DNA of 37,009 nt from Leifsonia sp. (GTDB lineage Bacteria; Actinomycetota; Actinomycetes; Actinomycetales; Microbacteriaceae), in contig JANOED010000022.1 in NCBI GenBank assembly GCA_031413035.1, positions 1 through 37,009 of the forward strand, given 5' to 3'. Under the pieces are notes generated by a model. That model was not told the origin of the DNA, ran no database searches, and was given only the letters and a program-made list of their open reading frames with translations. The position numbers and the translations under genes are program-made. Every line of letters begins with the position of its first letter. Within the stretch, counting starts at the first letter, position 1. This document shows, in pieces, positions 27,650-37,009 of this stretch.

Positions 27650-30339
27650 ACCCGCGTCTCCTCCTGGCGACGGATAGCAGGGATTCCGATCACTATCGGG
27701 AGAAGGATGCCGAGGCCGAGCGCCACCAGAACACCGAGGTCGGTACCCGCCAACTCCGAACCCAACGGAACGCCGAGAAGGCTGAACAGGTAGCCTTGCC
27801 ATCCCAGCCACGTTACTGTCGCGCTGGTTAGGCCGAATCCGATACCGCTGATCACGAACAGGCCAATGAAGTTGCCCCATCGAACGTCGGCGTAGACGCC
27901 TCCACGCGACGTGAGGGATGCACTCTCAAAACGTCGATTGCGGATCATCATCTCGGCCGCGAAGATACCCGCCCAGGCCGCGGTTGGCACGGCAAGAGTG
28001 GTGGCGAGGTCACGCAGAAGCTCGTAGATGCCCCCCGTTACAGCAAACGTGAGCACAAGGGCAACGAGGCCGAGAAGCACAGCAGCAATTAGGGTCGACC
28101 ACTGTCGATGCACTCGCACGCCGATCGCCTGCAGTGCGAAACCGCCCGAGTACAGGGTGATCACGACCCCCGAGAGCAAGCTCAGTGCGGTCGCAGCGAT
28201 GAGCGGCACGGGGTACCAACTGGGCAGCATGAGGGCGAGCGTGTCGAGCGGCGATAGCACAAACCCGCTCGCAATTCCCTTGTCCGAAGCGGCGAGTAAG
28301 GCGCCATAGGCGATGAGGGTGAAGGCAGGCAGGGTCGCACCGAAGGTCGCCCACAGCATCGATGCCGCGCCGCTTGAGTACGAGCGCTGGTATCGGGCAA
28401 GGTCTGCGCCGCTGGTAGCCCAGACGAGCCCAAGGACGCTGAACACTAGGACCGCACCAGTAACGGTGAGTATCCAGGATCCGTCTGGCGTGGTGAGCGC
28501 CGTTGGGACGTCAACATACCCAATCGTCAGAACGATCAGGCCGACTATGAGAGCCGCGGATATGACGCTGGAGATGAGTTGGATTCTTGCAATCATCGGA
28601 TAGCCGGCGAACGCGATCAGGACTGCCAGCACAAAGGAAGCACCCAGCGAAATCACGAGCACTAAGGACTCGGTGAGAGACCCAGCTAACTCCGCACCGA
28701 CGAGAACGACAGTGACCCCCGATGCGAGCAACCAGAGCAGCACTGCGCCCCAGAAGACACGAGTGATCAGAGCGAGAATTGACGGCACGACGTTGCCGAC
28801 GACTCCGAAGCTCGCGCGTGAGACCACCATCGTGGGCTGACCGCTGCGCTTGCCGGCGAGGGTGCTCAACCCGAGCGGGATGAAGGAGAGTGCCACCCCT
28901 GCAAGCACCGCGACGATGGATTGCCGCAGGCTCATCCCGAGGGCGAAGATCGACGCTCCGAGGCCGAGGCTCACGATCGTCGAGTTGGATGCGAACCAGA
29001 GCCAGAAGAGACGCGCGGAGCGACCGATTCGTTGATCGAGCGGGGTCGGTTCGAGCCCAGATCGCTCAATACTGAATACGCGGTGACGGACCTCGTCTCG
29101 CTCCAGCAGGACTACCTCATCCTCAGGAACCCGCACAGTGGAGATCGGACCCGAGGGGGGCGAGATGAGCGCTGTCACTCGATCGGTGTCATCGACGTCA
29201 TCGTCGATCTCTTCCTCAAAGGCCTGGTCAATGACGCTGATCGAGTCGGTGTCGAGTGGCACTCCTTCACTCGCACTGAACGGTGCAGGCTCGACAAATA
29301 AGCCCGCAGCACCGAGGGGATTTTCCTGCTCGGGCTCGGCGCGCGACTCCTCGGCTCCCGATCCGCTCAGGAGGTCTTCGAAACTGAAGGGCGGGGGTTC
29401 GGTCGTGACCTGCCCAAAGTCGTCTTCGATTACCTCTGCAACGACGATGTCGTCGGTTTCGAATGGGGGCATCGGCACAACGGGCTGCACACCCAACGGG
29501 GGCGGCTCAACGAGTGGTGGAGGCGCGAACGACGAGAACACCTCAGGTTCAACTTCGGCCTCGGCCACTGATGCTGGTGCTGGTGTGGGTGGCACCAACG
29601 GGTCGAACTCCGGTACCGGCGACCAACTCGCACTCGGCGGAGGGACCTCCCACTCAGGTGGGGCATCAGCGATGGCTTTCGCTTTTAGCTGAGCCTCGAG
29701 CTGCTCGATAACGCTGAGGGTGCCCCCCGGTTCCAGCCCTGCCTGCTCGAGCAGACTCAAGAGCTCGGGGTCGCTGACAACGTGCTCTGCCACCACAGAA
29801 CCGAGTGCAACCGATAGGGGCTCGACCAAAGGCTCAACCGGAGCTTCGTGCACTGGGGCGGGCGGGGCTTCAAGCGGGGCTTCAGGCGGACCTTCAGGGA
29901 GGTCGACCGCCTGAGCCGGGTCAGGAGCTGGAAAGGAACTCCACGCCGGAACCTCAGCAACTGGGAGCGGGTCCGGAGTCAGGTCCCACACCGGCATCGG
30001 CGTGGGTTCGGGCATCGGCGCTGGTTCGGGCATCGGCACCGGCATCGGTGGGAAGAAAGCTGCTGAAACGTCTTCTACTCGAACGTCGTCCGGTTCGATG
30101 AACGCTGCCTCTGGAAACGGCGCCTCCACAGGTGGCGCTTGCTCTGAGGCGTTCCCCCAGAGGTCGGCCGCAAGGGCATTCGCAAGCTCATCATCATCGT
30201 GAAACGGCTGAGTTTCGCTCGCCGTAACGGGCATCCCCTCAGAAGGAGGTGTGAAGGTCGACCGTCGACGGCCCGAGGGGGCATGGCTTGGATCGACAGG
30301 GTTCTGGGGCAGAACCTGGTCATCCTCGTCGTTTGCCAT
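27646..30339 (-). CDS. NCS1 (purine-cytosine permease) family transporter with long acidic Pro-rich N-terminal extension
   Basis: C-terminal half has about 12 TM segments with LFWLWFASN, GKRSGQPTMVVSRASFG, ADLARY and LYSGG motifs; N-terminal ~420 aa are low complexity. Confidence 0.88.
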   Translation of the reverse strand: MANDEDDQVLPQNPVDPSHAPSGRRRSTFTPPSEGMPVTASETQPFHDDDELANALAADLWGNASEQAPPVEAPFPEAAFIEPDDVRVEDVSAAFFPPMPVPMPEPAPMPEPTPMPVWDLTPDPLPVAEVPAWSSFPAPDPAQAVDLPEGPPEAPLEAPPAPVHEAPVEPLVEPLSVALGSVVAEHVVSDPELLSLLEQAGLEPGGTLSVIEQLEAQLKAKAIADAPPEWEVPPPSASWSPVPEFDPLVPPTPAPASVAEAEVEPEVFSSFAPPPLVEPPPLGVQPVVPMPPFETDDIVVAEVIEDDFGQVTTEPPPFSFEDLLSGSGAEESRAEPEQENPLGAAGLFVEPAPFSASEGVPLDTDSISVIDQAFEEEIDDDVDDTDRVTALISPPSGPISTVRVPEDEVVLLERDEVRHRVFSIERSGLEPTPLDQRIGRSARLFWLWFASNSTIVSLGLGASIFALGMSLRQSIVAVLAGVALSFIPLGLSTLAGKRSGQPTMVVSRASFGVVGNVVPSILALITRVFWGAVLLWLLASGVTVVLVGAELAGSLTESLVLVISLGASFVLAVLIAFAGYPMIARIQLISSVISAALIVGLIVLTIGYVDVPTALTTPDGSWILTVTGAVLVFSVLGLVWATSGADLARYQRSYSSGAASMLWATFGATLPAFTLIAYGALLAASDKGIASGFVLSPLDTLALMLPSWYPVPLIAATALSLLSGVVITLYSGGFALQAIGVRVHRQWSTLIAAVLLGLVALVLTFAVTGGIYELLRDLATTLAVPTAAWAGIFAAEMMIRNRRFESASLTSRGGVYADVRWGNFIGLFVISGIGFGLTSATVTWLGWQGYLFSLLGVPLGSELAGTDLGVLVALGLGILLPIVIGIPAIRRQEETRV
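29993..30048. repeat. Imperfect 18/12-bp coding tandem repeat (PMPV-PMPEPA-PMPEPT-PMPV)
   Basis: ggcatcggcgtgggttcg ggcatcggcgctggttcg ggcatcggcacc ggcatcgg. Confidence 0.75.
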
Positions 30340-30348
30340 GCTGAAATA

Positions 30349-31266
30349 CTACGGTCCCGTACTGGCCTCGCGCGGTTGCCGAGCCGTGGCGACGACAGTC
30401 ACCGACACCACAATCATGGCAAGTCCAACCCACCCGAGCGGGTCCAAACGCTCCCCGACCACGATGACGGCAAGCAGAGTTGCAACGAAGGGCTCGAGCA
30501 GCGTGATGGTTGTGGCGGTACTGCTGCGCAGGGTGCGCATCCCGATTCCGAAGAGCACATACGCCAGGAACATCGGTCCGAGCGCGAGATACGCGGAGAT
30601 TCCGATGGTCAGTGGCGACTGCACCAAGGCACCGCCAGTTAGTGCCAAGACGGGCACGAGCGCTATCGCTCCCAAGCCGAACATTCCTCCCATCACCCCG
30701 CGGGGGGCGTTGCCCAAGCGGATAGCGCGGCTCGATGCATAGGTGTACAGGGCGTAGGCGAAGCCCGCGGCTAGCCCCAGTGCAACGCCCAGACCGACGG
30801 ACTCATTCGACGATTCGCGGTTGGGATGACCTGCCAAAGCGAGCAGCACTACGCCCAGAATTGCTCCCGCCGTGCAAATCAACCAGAGCCGCGACAGCTT
30901 TCGCCGCTCGACAATCCACTCGAGTAGGGCCGCGAAAACTGGACCCGTTCCCAGCGAGACGACGTTGCCGATAGCGACACCCGCGAGGTCCATCGATGAG
31001 TAGAACGCGAGTGGATAGACGACCACCCCGAGGGCGCCGACCAGTAGCCAACGTCGGCTCGCGGCATCCCGAATCGTCAGCAAGGATGCCCGCGCTGAGA
31101 CCGCGAATAGCAGTAGGCCGCCGACCGCCATTGTGCACGCGCCAATCGCAAGTGGGCTTACCGAATCCGGCATGAAGCTTGCGGCGGTGCCGGTTGTGCC
31201 CCAGAGCAGCGATGCCAGAACGAGTGCCCAAGCCCCCGAAGCGCGTGGGGCCGAGGAGCTGCTCAC
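30349..31266 (-). CDS. EamA/DMT family transporter
   Basis: LWGTTG, about 10 TM helices, ITLLEPFVATLLAVIVVGERL. Confidence 0.92.
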   Translation of the reverse strand: MSSSSAPRASGAWALVLASLLWGTTGTAASFMPDSVSPLAIGACTMAVGGLLLFAVSARASLLTIRDAASRRWLLVGALGVVVYPLAFYSSMDLAGVAIGNVVSLGTGPVFAALLEWIVERRKLSRLWLICTAGAILGVVLLALAGHPNRESSNESVGLGVALGLAAGFAYALYTYASSRAIRLGNAPRGVMGGMFGLGAIALVPVLALTGGALVQSPLTIGISAYLALGPMFLAYVLFGIGMRTLRSSTATTITLLEPFVATLLAVIVVGERLDPLGWVGLAMIVVSVTVVATARQPREASTGP

Positions 31267-31321
31267 AGTACGAGGCTAGCCTCCTCGGGTGCGGCCGCAG
31301 CCTGTCGAGTATCTCGGCCGA

Positions 31322-31690
31322 CTACGCGAAAAGGGCAACCAGAAGCGCCCCAAAGATCACAATGAACACACTGGGTGTGACGAACTTGACGATCCACAGC
31401 CACCGGGAGGATGCCGCGATCCGGGATGCCAGAGCCGAGGAGCCTTCGCGGCCCAGTTGGCTCCCGATAGCTTCGCCCTCGCTGGCTGAGGAATACTGAG
31501 CCACGGCTCCGAGAATGCCCGAGGCGAGGAGGATGCCTGCGGCGGCGATGCGGACTGCGGTCTCGGCCTCGCCGAGCCCGTTCAGCATCAGCCAGACAGT
31601 GAAGCCCAGTAGGGCGGTGGGGGCAAGCTGGGAGAGAACAAGGTCTCGGCGTGCTCTGGCCCAGTGGGAAACAAGTTCGCTCTCCGACAT
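31322..31690 (-). CDS. Hypothetical membrane protein (about 3 TM)
   Basis: 122-aa ORF with three hydrophobic segments, filling the gap between tRNA-Val and EamA. Confidence 0.7.
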   Translation of the reverse strand: MSESELVSHWARARRDLVLSQLAPTALLGFTVWLMLNGLGEAETAVRIAAAGILLASGILGAVAQYSSASEGEAIGSQLGREGSSALASRIAASSRWLWIVKFVTPSVFIVIFGALLVALFA

Positions 31691-31708
31691 GCTGCCCCTA
31701 ACCTTGGG

Positions 31709-31781
31709 TGGGCCCTACCGGGCTCGAACCGATGACATCCACGGTGTAAACGTGGCGCTCTACCAACTGAGCTAAAGGCCC
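31709..31781 (-). tRNA. tRNA-Val (anticodon TAC)
   Basis: GGGCCTTTAGCTCAGTTGGTAGAGCGCCACGTTTACACCGTGGATGTCATCGGTTCGAGCCCGGTAGGGCCCA folds as a cloverleaf; anticodon stem CCACG/CGTGG; CCA not encoded. Confidence 0.97.
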
Positions 31782-31839
31782 GTCGATCCGTGACCGGAAC
31801 AACGCGAAGGCAATGTTACACCGCGGCTACACTGCCCGC

Positions 31840-32493
31840 ATGAGTGATCAGCCACATCCCACCGCGGAGCACCGCCTTCCCGCCCTCGTTGCCGCCGCGA
31901 TCGCGTTGGCTCTCTTTGCTGCCGTTCCACCCGGTGTTGGGGTTCTCCCGGTGTGGCTAGTTCCGGCGGCCGGCGCACTGGCACTGCTGCCGAGCATCCT
32001 GATCAATCCGAAGCGGCTCAACAGAGAAACGACCTGGTCTCGTTGGATCGGTATCGGTTTTGCTCTCGGGCTCACCGCGCTGAACCAAGTGCACGTGGTG
32101 CTTCTGATCATTGAGTTGGTCAACGGCAGCGCGAATGGTCCGGCGGTGCTGCTCACCGCACTGCTGGTCTGGATCACGAACGTCATCGCTTTCTCGTTGG
32201 TCTACTGGGAGTTAGACCGCGGCGGACCCGTCGCCCGGCGGCTGGGTGAGTCCGGCCGCACTGCCCGCCAAGACTTCCGCTTCCCCCAGCAAGACAATCC
32301 CGAGGGGGTCGAGGGTTGGCGCGCCAGCTACCTCGATTACGCGTACGTCTCGACAACCAACATGATGGCGTTTAGCCCGACGGATGCCATGCCGTTGACC
32401 ATTCGCGCGAAGGGCCTGATGGCCTACCAGGCCTTCACTGGGTTTGTTCTGCTCGCCCTGGTGATCTCTCGGGCCGTGAACATCCTGACCTAG
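31840..32493 (+). CDS. DUF1345-like membrane protein
   Basis: Several TM helices, YWELDRGGP, DFRFPQ, YLDYAYVS, AFSPTDAMPLT; TACACT -10 6 nt before ATG 31840. Confidence 0.8.
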   Translation: MSDQPHPTAEHRLPALVAAAIALALFAAVPPGVGVLPVWLVPAAGALALLPSILINPKRLNRETTWSRWIGIGFALGLTALNQVHVVLLIIELVNGSANGPAVLLTALLVWITNVIAFSLVYWELDRGGPVARRLGESGRTARQDFRFPQQDNPEGVEGWRASYLDYAYVSTTNMMAFSPTDAMPLTIRAKGLMAYQAFTGFVLLALVISRAVNILT

Positions 32494-32948
32494 AGGTTCG
32501 CGAGCGCCTTCTTGTAGGCGTCAATGGCGCGGGCCTCGCCTAACGCGGTGACGAAGGTCGACCGGATGACCCCGTCAGCATCGATCACGAACGTCGCTCG
32601 ATTGGCGAATCCCTTGTCTTCGTTGAACACGCCGTACTGCCGGGCAACCGCACCGTGGGGCCAGAAGTCCGCGAGGAGGGTGAAGTCGTACTTCTCCTGC
32701 TTGGCCCACGCTCGCAGGCTCGCCTTCGAGTCCACGGAGATACCCAGCAGTTCGACCCCGTCACCGCTAAAGAGGCTGAGGTTGTCGCGAAGCTCGCACA
32801 GCTCGGTAGTACACGTTCCAGAGAAGGCAAGGGGAAAGAAGACGAGCGCCACGGCCTTCTTGCCCCTGAAGTCGCTCAGGCGGATTCGCTCGCCAAACTG
32901 GCTGGACAGCTCGAAGTCTGGAGCGGTGATGTCATTCATGAGTGCCAC
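32490..32948 (-). CDS. Peroxiredoxin (AhpE-like)
   Basis: APDFEL, FFPLAFSGTCTTE peroxidatic motif, GISVDS, LADFWPHGAVA, RATFVID; divergent from aceE. Confidence 0.92.
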   Translation of the reverse strand: MALMNDITAPDFELSSQFGERIRLSDFRGKKAVALVFFPLAFSGTCTTELCELRDNLSLFSGDGVELLGISVDSKASLRAWAKQEKYDFTLLADFWPHGAVARQYGVFNEDKGFANRATFVIDADGVIRSTFVTALGEARAIDAYKKALANL

Positions 32949-33087
32949 GCGCGAATTCTACCCACGCGTCCGACAGTGCCTTTCCCACAACTAGAATCGA
33001 CAGGCGTAGTCGATCACGGCACGTTAGGCACCAACCGTCGCAACCCGGCGGTGGTGGCGTTCTCTCTTTACCAGGAAGAGGTCGACG

Positions 33088-35814
33088 GTGACGGTAAACG
33101 ATCAGGATCCGTATTCGGTACACCACACCGACAGGGATCCAGATGAGACGGCCGAATGGCACGAGTCTCTCGACACCCTCGTAGCAACGCACGGCCACGG
33201 TCGGGGCCGCGAAATCATGTTGAGCCTCCTGAAGCGCTCAAAAGACCTCCATCTCGGTGTTCCGATGGTTCCGACCACGGACTACATCAACACCATCGCT
33301 CCCGAGAACGAGCCCGAGTTTCCCGGCAACGAAGAGCTTGAGCGCCGCTACCGCGCCTGGATCCGCTGGAACGCCGCGATTACCGTGCACCGGGCGCAGC
33401 GGCCAGGGATCGGTGTGGGCGGCCACATCTCTACCTACGCGTCATCCGCGGCGCTGTATGAGGTGGGACACAATCACTTCTTCCGCGGAGCCGACCACCC
33501 GGGCGGCGGCGACCAAATCTTCTACCAAGGGCACGCCTCCCCCGGCATGTACGCGCGCGCATTTCTTGAGGGTCGACTCACCGAGTCGCAGCTCGAAGGA
33601 TTCCGGCAGGAGAAGTCGCACCCTTCGGGCGGGCTGTCGAGCTACCCCCATCCCCGGCTCATGCCCGAGTTCTGGCAGTTCCCGACCGTCTCGATGGGTC
33701 TCGGCCCGATCAACGCGATCTACCAGGCACAGTCCAACCGCTACCTGACCAACCGCGGGATCAAAGATGCCAGCGACCAGCAGGTTTGGGCCTACCTCGG
33801 CGACGGTGAGATGGACGAGGTCGAGAGCCGCGGCGCCCTGCAGTGGGCCGCGAACGAGGGACTCGACAACCTCAACTTCGTCATCAACTGCAACCTTCAG
33901 CGTCTCGACGGCCCGGTGCGGGGCAACGGCAAGATCGTTCAGGAGCTCGAGAGCTTCTTCCGCGGCGCGGGCTGGAATGTCATCAAGGTCATCTGGGGGC
34001 GCGAGTGGGACGAGTTGCTCGCCCGCGACCATGAGGGTGCGCTGCGTGATCTGATGAACCGCACGCCTGACGGTGATTACCAGACCTACAAGGCCGAGAA
34101 CGGCGCGTACGTGCGAGAGAACTTCTTCGGCCGCGATCCGCGCACGCTTGAGATGGTGAAGGGCTACACCGACGACGAGCTGTGGGGCCTCAAGCGTGGT
34201 GGGCACGACTACCGCAAGGTCTATGCGGCATTCAAGGCGGCATCCGATCACAAGGGGCAGCCCACGGTGATTCTCGCGAAGACTGTCAAAGGCTACGGTC
34301 TTGGGGCATCGTTCGAGGGTCGTAACGCGACTCACCAGATGAAGAAGCTCACGCTCGACAACCTCAAGCTGTTCCGTGATGTGATGCAGATTCCGATCAC
34401 TGACGCCGTGCTCGAAGCCGACCCCTACCAGCCGCCGTTCTACCACCCGGGCGAGAACGACGAGGCGATCCAGTATCTGCTCGAGCGGCGTCGCGACCTC
34501 GGCGGGTACGTGCCCGAGCGTCGCGTCAAGTACACGCAGGTAACCCTCCCCGATGCCTCGACCTACGAAGTCGTCAGCAAGGGCTCGGGCAAGCAGGAGA
34601 TCGCCAGCACGATGGCCTTCGCCCGCCTGCTGAAAGACCTGCTGCGCGACAAAGGGCTCGGCAACCGAATTGTTCCGATAATCCCGGATGAGGCCCGCAC
34701 GTTCGGGATGGACGCCTACTTCCCGACCGCCAAGATCTACAACCCCGCAGGGCAGCAATACACCTCGGTCGACCGCGAACAACTCTTGGCATACAAGGAA
34801 AGCCCGCAGGGCCAGATCATTCATGTCGGCATCAACGAGGCGGGCGCGTTCGCTGCCTTCACCGCAGCCGGCACCCAGTACGCAACAAACGGCGAACCGC
34901 TGATTCCGGTCTACGTGTTCTACTCGATGTTCGGATTCCAGCGCACTGGCGACGCGATGTGGGCTGCTGGCGACCAAATGGCTCGCGGCTTCATCATGGG
35001 CGCAACCGCGGGGCGCACGACGCTGACCGGTGAGGGCCTTCAGCACGCCGATGGCCATTCAATATTGCTCGCTTCGACCAATCCTGCTGTGGTCAGCTAC
35101 GACGCCGCCTACGGCTACGAACTCGGGCACATCATGCACAGTGGCCTGGAGCGCATGTACGGTGGCACGCACCCCGACCCGAACGTCATGTACTACCTAA
35201 CCCTGTACAACGAGCCAATCGTGCAGCCTGCCGAACCGGAGAACCTCGACGTTGACGGCGTGATCCGCGGAATATACCACCTCAAGTCACCGGAAATCCA
35301 AGGGCCCCGGGCCCAGTTGCTGGCATCCGGTGTCGCGGTCCCTTGGGCACTTGAGGCGCAGCACCTTCTCGCCCAGGACTGGGGGGTCGCCGCCGATGTG
35401 TGGTCGGTGACCTCGTGGACAGAGTTGCGCCGTGATGGGCTGGCTGCCGATGAGCACAACTTCCTCAACCCCCTAGCCGAGCCTCGAGTGCCGTATGTGA
35501 CTCAGAAGCTCTCGGGGCATGACGGTCCGTTCGTGGCTGTGACCGACTTCATGCACGCGGTGCCCGATCAGATCCGTCAGTTCGTGCCGGGAGACTTCGC
35601 GACGCTGGGTGCTGATGACTTCGGCTTCTCAGACACACGGGCGGCCGCCCGGCGATATTTCAAGATCGATGGTCCTTCGCTCGTCGTGCGCACACTCCAG
35701 TCACTTGTTGCCCGCGGGGCACTCGACCGGGGTGTTCTCGTCGAGGCGATCGACAAGTACCGCCTCATGGATGTGACTGCGGGCACCACCGGATCGGCCG
35801 GCGGCGAGAGCTAG
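33088..35814 (+). CDS. aceE: Pyruvate dehydrogenase E1 component (homodimeric)
   Basis: [29 protein letters not shown] (TPP motif), [19 protein letters not shown] and GEGLQH motifs; GGAAGAGG RBS. Confidence 0.98.
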   Translation: MTVNDQDPYSVHHTDRDPDETAEWHESLDTLVATHGHGRGREIMLSLLKRSKDLHLGVPMVPTTDYINTIAPENEPEFPGNEELERRYRAWIRWNAAITVHRAQRPGIGVGGHISTYASSAALYEVGHNHFFRGADHPGGGDQIFYQGHASPGMYARAFLEGRLTESQLEGFRQEKSHPSGGLSSYPHPRLMPEFWQFPTVSMGLGPINAIYQAQSNRYLTNRGIKDASDQQVWAYLGDGEMDEVESRGALQWAANEGLDNLNFVINCNLQRLDGPVRGNGKIVQELESFFRGAGWNVIKVIWGREWDELLARDHEGALRDLMNRTPDGDYQTYKAENGAYVRENFFGRDPRTLEMVKGYTDDELWGLKRGGHDYRKVYAAFKAASDHKGQPTVILAKTVKGYGLGASFEGRNATHQMKKLTLDNLKLFRDVMQIPITDAVLEADPYQPPFYHPGENDEAIQYLLERRRDLGGYVPERRVKYTQVTLPDASTYEVVSKGSGKQEIASTMAFARLLKDLLRDKGLGNRIVPIIPDEARTFGMDAYFPTAKIYNPAGQQYTSVDREQLLAYKESPQGQIIHVGINEAGAFAAFTAAGTQYATNGEPLIPVYVFYSMFGFQRTGDAMWAAGDQMARGFIMGATAGRTTLTGEGLQHADGHSILLASTNPAVVSYDAAYGYELGHIMHSGLERMYGGTHPDPNVMYYLTLYNEPIVQPAEPENLDVDGVIRGIYHLKSPEIQGPRAQLLASGVAVPWALEAQHLLAQDWGVAADVWSVTSWTELRRDGLAADEHNFLNPLAEPRVPYVTQKLSGHDGPFVAVTDFMHAVPDQIRQFVPGDFATLGADDFGFSDTRAAARRYFKIDGPSLVVRTLQSLVARGALDRGVLVEAIDKYRLMDVTAGTTGSAGGES

Positions 35815-35827
35815 GCAGAGCATCCCA

Positions 35828-37009
35828 GTGCACAAGACCAAGGAGCAGACACTCGCGTGGCTGCGCACGGTCTCGGGCGAGCTTGCAACTGCAACCCTCA
35901 AGCGGCTCGACGAGACGCTGCCCTGGTACGGCGACATGCCCCCGGGGCGGCGATCGGCAGTCGGGCTCGTCGCCCAAGCCGGTATCACGAGCTTCATTTC
36001 ATGGTTCGAAGACCCGAAGTCGATTCCCTGGATTGCCGCAGACGTGTTCGGCGCAGCACCGCGCGAGCTTTTGCGCTCGGTGTCGCTCACTCAGACCTTG
36101 CAGCTGATCCGCATCACCGTCGAGGTCGTCGAGGAGCGCGTCAAGAGCGGTGACGACGTCTTGCGCGAGGCGATTCTGTTGTACTCCCGCGAGATCGCCT
36201 TCGCCGCGGCTGACGTCTACGCGCGCGCCGCCGAAGCACGAGGTCTGTGGGATGCCCGGCTCGAGGCTCTCGTTGTGGACTCGATCCTCAGCGGTGAGTA
36301 CGACAACGAATTGCCATCTCGAATCGCAGCGCTCGGCTGGAACGGCCACGGCGAGGTGTGCGTTCTCGTCGGAACGGCACCGAAGATGCTCGACGTCGAT
36401 CAACTCCGCCGCACCGCGCGCCACCTCGATGCCGACGTACTCATCGGCGTGCAGGGCAGCCGTCTCGTGCTCGTCATTGGGCGGGCAAGCCCGCGGGTAG
36501 ACGATCCAGAGGTCCAGCCGCCGCTGCCGTTCTTGGCGATCGCCGAGCAACTCGAGCCAGGATTCGGGGCCGGGCACCTCGTGCTCGGGCATGAGGTGCC
36601 GTCGCTCGTGGATGCATCCAAGAGCGCGAAGGCTGCTTTGGCGGGCTTCGCGGTCGCCCGCTCCTGGCGCAACGCCCCACGACCCACTCTCGCCGACGAC
36701 CTTCTGCCCGAGCGAGCCTTCGCCGGCGATCCGCTGGCCCGAGCTACCCTGATCAACCGGATTTACCGGCCCCTCCAGGCCCACTCGACCGACCTGTTGT
36801 CGACCCTGTGGTGCTACCTCGACAATGGGCGGTCGCTCGAAGCGACGGCACGCGAGTTGTTTGTGCACCCCAACACCGTGCGTTACCGGCTCAAACGGGT
36901 TAGCGAGGTGATCGGCTGGGATGCGACGGGCGCTCGCGAAGCGCTGATCCTCCAATCGGCGCTCATCGTGGGGTCGATCGCGGATCCGGACGCGTCGAAA
37001 CGCCGTTGA
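35828..37009 (+). CDS. PucR-family transcriptional regulator (FasR-like)
   Basis: LLYSREIAF, ARGLWDARLEA, LLPERA and C-terminal HTH LEATARELFVHPNTVRYRL; follows aceE, where FasR usually precedes the fab operon. Confidence 0.88.
   Translation: MHKTKEQTLAWLRTVSGELATATLKRLDETLPWYGDMPPGRRSAVGLVAQAGITSFISWFEDPKSIPWIAADVFGAAPRELLRSVSLTQTLQLIRITVEVVEERVKSGDDVLREAILLYSREIAFAAADVYARAAEARGLWDARLEALVVDSILSGEYDNELPSRIAALGWNGHGEVCVLVGTAPKMLDVDQLRRTARHLDADVLIGVQGSRLVLVIGRASPRVDDPEVQPPLPFLAIAEQLEPGFGAGHLVLGHEVPSLVDASKSAKAALAGFAVARSWRNAPRPTLADDLLPERAFAGDPLARATLINRIYRPLQAHSTDLLSTLWCYLDNGRSLEATARELFVHPNTVRYRLKRVSEVIGWDATGAREALILQSALIVGSIADPDASKRR

Noticed and set aside
31709-31781. tRNA-Val as the attachment site of a prophage or island
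   Set aside because: No duplicated tRNA 3' segment and no integrase seen in the window.
33442-35058. 538-aa antisense ORF inside aceE (similarly 4741-5604, 12235-13200, 35999-36955)
   Set aside because: Long stop-free antisense frames are expected opposite strongly codon-biased high-GC genes; no motifs or start signals.

Overview
High-GC (about 63-65% by eye) actinobacterial chromosomal segment; gene content and order point to Microbacteriaceae (inference). It is mostly core housekeeping DNA: 5' end of the principal sigma factor gene, an MFS transporter, a PAC2-family protein, pepA-lpdA-dlaT, lipB-lipA-DUF4191, RDD, glnA with a clear GlnR box, glnE-glnA2, panB, DUF72, map, ppgK, VIT1, rnpB, an NCS1 permease-Nif3-zinc ribbon-RNase H operon, EamA, tRNA-Val(TAC), DUF1345, a peroxiredoxin, aceE and a PucR/FasR-type regulator. 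The clearest accessory element is a ~2.4 kb islet between glnA and glnE. It carries a 608-aa DUF4209-like protein with a HEPN-type RxxxxH motif (candidate stand-alone defence RNase) and a 16-bp perfect palindrome, and it is bounded by a decayed direct duplication of the glnA 3' end plus terminator. Other notable signals are a membrane-anchored pseudokinase, an apparent excess of the heptamer GGCATCC/GGATGCC, many leaderless promoters, and an NCS1 transporter with a ~420-aa acidic Pro-rich N-terminal extension. No CRISPR array, integrase or transposase was seen. Family names come from motif recognition, not database searches.
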